DNA of 64,000 nucleotides, taken from positions 1-64,000 of IMG/VR virus record IMGVR_UViG_3300030433_001804; one strand, 5' to 3'. Positions within the stretch are counted from its first letter, which is position 1. Every line of letters starts with the position of its first letter. The notes beneath the pieces are model-generated. The model was not told where the DNA came from and searched no databases. It worked only from the letters and a program-made list of their open reading frames with translations. The position numbers and the translations under genes are program-made. Positions 59,448 through 64,000 of this stretch are shown here, in pieces. The stretch comes from a virus (Duplodnaviria; Caudoviricetes).

Positions 59448-60158
59448 ATGTCAAGCGATATAACCTATGTAAGAACTATGAAGATTAACTACGGTAAAAA
59501 GATGGGCGACCTGCAATTTGCCAAATTTGCCAATGACCTGCAAAAGAAAGGTATTACTATACGCCCTCATTTTGGTAGCAAACCTACATATGGATTTAAT
59601 GAGAAAACTGAAACTAAGAAGACCTATCAAATCGTTATGGACGATAAGGTTGTATTTGAAACCAAATATATAACTGATAGAGATGCTGCTTATGATGCGT
59701 TTAGTCCTTTTCTGACTCTAGAAACTTGTGATGCTCAAATAGAAAAAACCTCTAAGGATTGGACTGAGGTAGAAGGTAGCGTAATTGAAATTGATTTTGA
59801 CCTTGAAGGGGAGCAATACAAATGGTATGACCATGAGATTAATTACCAAAACGGACAATCTATGACCATTAGGTTAGCCAACTCTAACACTGGTGTTATT
59901 CTTAAATTCACCACTACATGGAATCCTGACGGTATTCAGCGCAAAAAAACTATTGAAGAAGTTATGGTTAATCAAGTATTGAATGACATGGCTAAGATTC
60001 AAGGCACTATTGAGGGTCGTTTGAAACTAAAGAAGTATGGCTATGATGTTGAAAATGCGTCTATTGACTGTCATTTTGATGCTAAGACTGAAAGCCGTAG
60101 CGAATGCGCTCCTGACATCATTAACCGTGTTAAGGAGGCTAAGAAGGCTCATTCTTAA
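59448..60158 (+). CDS. Cassette gene, hypothetical (236 aa)
   Basis: ACCCTA 29 nt upstream of ATG; hairpin then palindrome downstream. Confidence 0.8.
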   Translation: MSSDITYVRTMKINYGKKMGDLQFAKFANDLQKKGITIRPHFGSKPTYGFNEKTETKKTYQIVMDDKVVFETKYITDRDAAYDAFSPFLTLETCDAQIEKTSKDWTEVEGSVIEIDFDLEGEQYKWYDHEINYQNGQSMTIRLANSNTGVILKFTTTWNPDGIQRKKTIEEVMVNQVLNDMAKIQGTIEGRLKLKKYGYDVENASIDCHFDAKTESRSECAPDIINRVKEAKKAHS

Positions 60159-60663
60159 GCCATAAACCCGTAAGTCCTAATTAGGCAGGGTATAGCAAAG
60201 CAATACCATATGGTTGTATAGCCTAAAAGATTACACAACCATATGGCTTTGTTTCAAAATTTTTATTTTACTGTTCGTTTAAATGAGTGGCTTTAAATCA
60301 ACAAAAGAGGCAGTTTTGCTTAATATATTAGCCTACTTTGCCCATACTATTATATCATGGACTGTTCTGCCTTTTACTAAGCAACTAATATGTTCGTGAG
60401 AATAACAACTTATGCTATTTAGCCCACTATACTAGAATAAGAAACAATGATTAAACAGTCTAAACAAATAAACAAACAATACTGCTAATATAATAAAACG
60501 ATTTAAACGAACAATGCTATAACGGGCCGCAACTATAAACTTTAAAGGAGAATAATTAAAGAAACAACTTTTTATCCTGTTTATATAAACCATATAACCT
60601 AAAAAAAAACGCAAGTGCCAAATAAATTCCGCCACATTTTTTGAGAAAAAAGGAGATGATACG

Positions 60664-60897
60664 ATGACATGGAAAGATATATTGAAGTTTAATAAAAAAT
60701 CCCTTGCGGATATAGCCGGAGAAATGGATAATATGATGGGTGGAAGAACTAAATTCCGTGAAGCCTATGAAAGTGGTAGATATGGTAATGAATCTCAATC
60801 TAAAGAAAAATTGCTTATGCTATTAGATGAATTAAAAGATGTTGATTCAAAGGCAAATAGCCTAATTAGCCATATCAAGGCTATGCCTTCTTTTTAA
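60664..60897 (+). CDS. MTWxDILK-family small protein
   Basis: Begins MTWKDILK. Confidence 0.75.
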   Translation: MTWKDILKFNKKSLADIAGEMDNMMGGRTKFREAYESGRYGNESQSKEKLLMLLDELKDVDSKANSLISHIKAMPSF

Positions 60898-60931
60898 AAA
60901 AAATCCGCCACAAATTTTTGGAGAAATTAAC

Positions 60932-61315
60932 ATGACATGGGAAGATATATTGAAACAAAGAATGACTAGAGAAGGAATAAGTGAAGAACATAGAGAAAGG
61001 CTAAGAGCAATGCCTTCTACTAAACAACCTATGTTTGATAAACGAGATAATCCTTATGATATGATAGATGATAAAGTTGATGAAATTATTGACTCTAACA
61101 AACTAGAGATGTTTCTGCAAATGTCACAGGCTCAATTTATGAGGTCTTATGATGTTAAACAATTTACTCCTGCTCAACCTCCTTATGAAAAAATAGAAAA
61201 AATGAAAGATGAACTTATGAGTTTGATAACTGAGTTGTTGGATGAATATAGAGAAGAAGCAGAAAGAAATCAAGGAGAAAATCCTTTACCTAAATATGAC
61301 CCTAAAGGCATTTAA
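60932..61315 (+). CDS. MTWxDILK-family small protein
   Basis: Begins MTWEDILK. Confidence 0.75.
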   Translation: MTWEDILKQRMTREGISEEHRERLRAMPSTKQPMFDKRDNPYDMIDDKVDEIIDSNKLEMFLQMSQAQFMRSYDVKQFTPAQPPYEKIEKMKDELMSLITELLDEYREEAERNQGENPLPKYDPKGI

Positions 61316-61349
61316 AAAAATCCGCCACAAATTTTTCGGAGAAATTAAC

Positions 61350-61601
61350 ATGACATGGAAAGATATTCTAAAAGCCCAAACTACTCTTTTACAGTTTAGT
61401 AGGCAAGCCGAAATGGATAGGAAAATTCCAGAAATAAGGGCTAAACTAGAAGGTATGCGTGGACGGGCTAAAACCACAGAAAGAGGAACTTCTGAAGATT
61501 TGGCAACCGTAAAATTAGAACAATTAGATAAGGTTAGAAATGTAGATGATTTTGAAAACTTTTATGATGATAACCTAAAATATTTTTTAGGGGAAAAATA
61601 G
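61350..61601 (+). CDS. MTWxDILK-family small protein
   Basis: True start ATG 61350 (MTWKDILK) after the repeat element. Confidence 0.75.
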   Translation: MTWKDILKAQTTLLQFSRQAEMDRKIPEIRAKLEGMRGRAKTTERGTSEDLATVKLEQLDKVRNVDDFENFYDDNLKYFLGEK

Positions 61602-62018
61602 ATGTGGAAAGATATACTCAAACTAGACATGGAAGAAGCCCGTAAATTGGGTGAAAGGTATGCTCCCGAAGATATGGAACAGGCTCGACAAGATAAGTTG
61701 AAAACTGTTCTAACTAAAGTAAGGCCAGCCATTGAGAAAATTTTAGAGATATATGTTGATGATATTGCTGATGAAGATGCAGATAGGCTAAGAATGTCAT
61801 TGGTTTCTATGATGAGAAATTTACCTATGGCTCCTAGAATGTCGAGAGATACTAATATGGAAGCAAGAAATAAGAATAAGGAAATGGTTGAAACTTATCT
61901 TGCTAGATTGGAAGACCTATATCAAGAGGATAAGTCTCCAAGAAAAACGACCAGTCTTATTGATAGGGCTAGAGAGATGAATAGAAAACACCCAAGAATG
62001 GGGAGTGGAAGAAAATGA
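61602..62018 (+). CDS. MTWxDILK-family small protein
   Basis: Begins MWKDILK. Confidence 0.75.
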   Translation: MWKDILKLDMEEARKLGERYAPEDMEQARQDKLKTVLTKVRPAIEKILEIYVDDIADEDADRLRMSLVSMMRNLPMAPRMSRDTNMEARNKNKEMVETYLARLEDLYQEDKSPRKTTSLIDRAREMNRKHPRMGSGRK

Positions 62019-63037
62019 TAAGAAAAATGGGCGAAGTTATGCGAGGGTCTGAATTAGACAAAGACGCTCAAGAAGAAATTAAGGGGTATGCAGAAGATTA
62101 TGCTGATAAACTAAAGATTCCTTCGTCACAAAGAAAGGAGTTTCTTAGTTTGATTTATGCAGGTATGATGAGTAGGTTTTATGTTAGAAATCTAAATGAA
62201 AAGGGGGATGTCAGCCCAAAGACCGGAAAAGAATTGTCTTTGATACATCCTTCAAGACGCTTAGGTTATGAAGAAGAGTCTGAAGCAGAAAACAGAAACA
62301 AGACTCAAGTTGAGAGTGCCGCAAGAAATAGAAGAAGGTTCCAAACTACCGTTGATGAGATGTCATCTGAAATCACAGAAGAAGTGGCTCAAGAGGAAAT
62401 AACCGAGTTGGCTGAAGAAGTAAAAGATTCTAATTTGAAACAGGCATTGGATAGAATGGTTCTTACTTTTAGCGATAGACTTTCTGATGATAAGTTATAT
62501 TCTGAAAGGAGAAAAATATTAGATAAAGATATTCAAGAACTTAGACAGGTAATTGAATCCGATGAGTCCTATACTCAAGAGGATATTATGGCATTTGGCC
62601 AACTTATGGCGAAACTGCAAGGAAAGCCATTCTTTTCCAAGATACATGAAGCGCAACTCAAAGATATTGCTGAAATGATGAGAAGTAAATATAGATTTGA
62701 TGATAGCAAAAATGCTTCATGGCAAGACTCGCTAAGAAAAAGCAGGGTAACTGAGGCTATCAAAAGATTTGAAGAAAAACATCTAAAAGATGAACCTATG
62801 GAATTAAGTAAAAACTATGTGGAGGAGATTGATATGAATTGGAAAGAAGTGCTAAAAGGAAGTTGCGGAACTGAAAAACTAGATGATGAAGAGTCTGAAG
62901 AAATGGAAAAGACTGAAGCAAAACCTGATTTTCTAGATTTAGATAAAGATGGTAACAAAAAAGAGCCAATGAAAGAAGCGGCTAAAGATGCTAAGAAAAA
63001 ACCTAAATCTAAGAATCCTTTTTCAAGAGATGATTAA
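62015..63037 (+). CDS. Charged helical protein with internal WxxxL(K/R) motifs and DxDxDG loop
   Basis: Internal SWQDSLRK and MNWKEVLK (ATG 62834 preceded by GGAGG); DLDKDG. Confidence 0.7.
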   Translation: MIRKMGEVMRGSELDKDAQEEIKGYAEDYADKLKIPSSQRKEFLSLIYAGMMSRFYVRNLNEKGDVSPKTGKELSLIHPSRRLGYEEESEAENRNKTQVESAARNRRRFQTTVDEMSSEITEEVAQEEITELAEEVKDSNLKQALDRMVLTFSDRLSDDKLYSERRKILDKDIQELRQVIESDESYTQEDIMAFGQLMAKLQGKPFFSKIHEAQLKDIAEMMRSKYRFDDSKNASWQDSLRKSRVTEAIKRFEEKHLKDEPMELSKNYVEEIDMNWKEVLKGSCGTEKLDDEESEEMEKTEAKPDFLDLDKDGNKKEPMKEAAKDAKKKPKSKNPFSRDD

Positions 63038-63039
63038 TC

Positions 63040-63195
63040 ATGACATGGAAAAAAATTCTAAAGAATGAAGAGGAAGAGGAACTTCCGGAGCATGTAAAGA
63101 GAGCAAGAGAAAGAGTTAGACAGGGATTGCCTTCTAAAGAACAACCGCTTATTCCTCAGTTTGATGACGAAAGGAGAATGAAGAGAGGTGAATAA
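63040..63195 (+). CDS. MTWxxILK-family small protein (51 aa)
   Basis: MTWKKILKNEEEEE... read from sequence. Confidence 0.7.
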   Translation: MTWKKILKNEEEEELPEHVKRARERVRQGLPSKEQPLIPQFDDERRMKRGE

Positions 63196-63196
63196 T

Positions 63197-63316
63197 ATGA
63201 CAAGGTGTAAACTATTAGATTCGTGGCTTGATACTCAGTCAAAAAAAATTGATAAAAAAGAAAAAGAAACAGGTAAAAATATAATATCTGATGTTCTAAA
63301 AGGCGATAAACAATGA
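63197..63316 (+). CDS. Small hypothetical protein (39 aa)
   Basis: GAGGTGA SD; stop overlaps next ATG. Confidence 0.5.
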   Translation: MTRCKLLDSWLDTQSKKIDKKEKETGKNIISDVLKGDKQ

Positions 63317-63468
63317 CTTGGAGGGATATTCTTAAGGTCGAAGATGACGAGAAGAAAATGGCAGGGGCAGTAACAACAACTTCTTCTCCTGCTCTATTCA
63401 ATGTCACATATGGATATCGTAGAAAAAAGAAAAAGAAAGAGGATGATGAAGATGGTAAAGGAAACTAA
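63313..63468 (+). CDS. MTWxDILK-family small protein (51 aa)
   Basis: MTWRDILKVEDDEKK... read from sequence. Confidence 0.7.
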   Translation: MTWRDILKVEDDEKKMAGAVTTTSSPALFNVTYGYRRKKKKKEDDEDGKGN

Positions 63469-64000
63469 GAAGAAGAAGCAAGCCAAATTCCAAGGAAATT
63501 CCTTTAATCAAAATCTAGATTCTATCAAGTTCGCTAAGGACTACCAAACTTGGAAAGATAATTGTCAAGGAATTAGTGGCGATACACTGATGGTAGAAAA
63601 TGTCCCATCACTATATGATTTTCTCTTTACTCATGTATTTGGAAATATTAGACCCGGTTCAGTTAATTCAGATAAAGAAGGTCAAGGTGCAAGAGAAGCA
63701 TTACAAGTTATTGAGGGAATATTAGACGGTGGGATAATTAGAGAGCAAGAAATTTTTGTTGTTGATGCTATGGCTGATTTATTAGAAGCACTACAAGACA
63801 CATCATTAGACCCAAAAGATATTCTTTTTACTGAATTTACTACGACAAGAGGTGGAAGAAGACGAAGAAAGGTAACAGTTAGAGGCCACTATCGAACCGA
63901 AAACTACGAAAAGAAAACTGGAAAAAAGGCTACTCCGGCTGAATGGAGAGCAGGTAATAATCCTCCACACCAAGCACTATTTTCCGAAACAGAAACACAG
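63452..64000 (+). CDS. Hypothetical protein, truncated by window end
   Basis: Frame from ATG 63452 (MVKETKKKKQ...) appears open to the window end. Confidence 0.55.
   Translation, partial: MVKETKKKKQAKFQGNSFNQNLDSIKFAKDYQTWKDNCQGISGDTLMVENVPSLYDFLFTHVFGNIRPGSVNSDKEGQGAREALQVIEGILDGGIIREQEIFVVDAMADLLEALQDTSLDPKDILFTEFTTTRGGRRRRKVTVRGHYRTENYEKKTGKKATPAEWRAGNNPPHQALFSETETQ

Larger units (their letters stand above)
56071..60251. repeat. Array of intergenic palindromes CAAAG-N4-ACCATATGGT-N4-8-CTTTG
   Basis: Core ACCATATGGT at 56071, 56557, 56951, 57651, 58291, 58731, 59388, 60205; variant ACCATATGGC at 60238. Confidence 0.95.
60626..61358 (+). repeat. Repeated upstream element AATCCGCCACAAATTTTT(C)GGAGAAATTAAC-ATGACATGG
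   Basis: Near-identical copies at ~60897-60940 and ~61314-61358; degenerate copy at ~60626-60672. Confidence 0.9.

Noticed and set aside
56071-60251. CRISPR array interpretation of the ACCATATGGT repeats
   Set aside because: Intervals are 400-820 bp and contain whole genes; repeat flanks vary in length; no cas operon.

Overview
About 64 kb of a low-GC tailed dsDNA virus of archaea. The gene set (archaeal-type PolB, clamp, RFC, primase, MCM-like helicase, ATP-dependent ligase, TFB, chaperonin) fits viruses of Marine Group II Euryarchaeota/Poseidoniales ('magroviruses'); this is inferred from gene content, not a database hit. Layout: (1) 1-16.4 kb, + strand, siphovirus-type tail module; (2) 16.6-55.4 kb, - strand, replication/repair genes with a split PolB, then GroEL/GroES, two histone-fold candidates, TFB and accessory genes; (3) 55.5-55.9 kb, origin-like inverted repeats at the strand switch; (4) 56.0-60.25 kb, single-gene units separated by a repeated palindrome CAAAG-N4-ACCATATGGT-N4-8-CTTTG, one holding a ~550 nt non-coding, hairpin-dense unit; (5) 60.6-64 kb, small genes sharing the N-terminal peptide MTW(K/E/R)xILK. 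The best novel-system candidates are a virus-encoded ubiquitin-like conjugation pathway (Ubl ending GG-SL, E1/ThiF, JAB protease, possible E2, with TFB embedded) and the palindrome-delimited cassette array with end-paired transcripts and a large ncRNA. No capsid, terminase, integrase, tRNA or CRISPR array was recognised. All protein calls are by-eye motif recognition.
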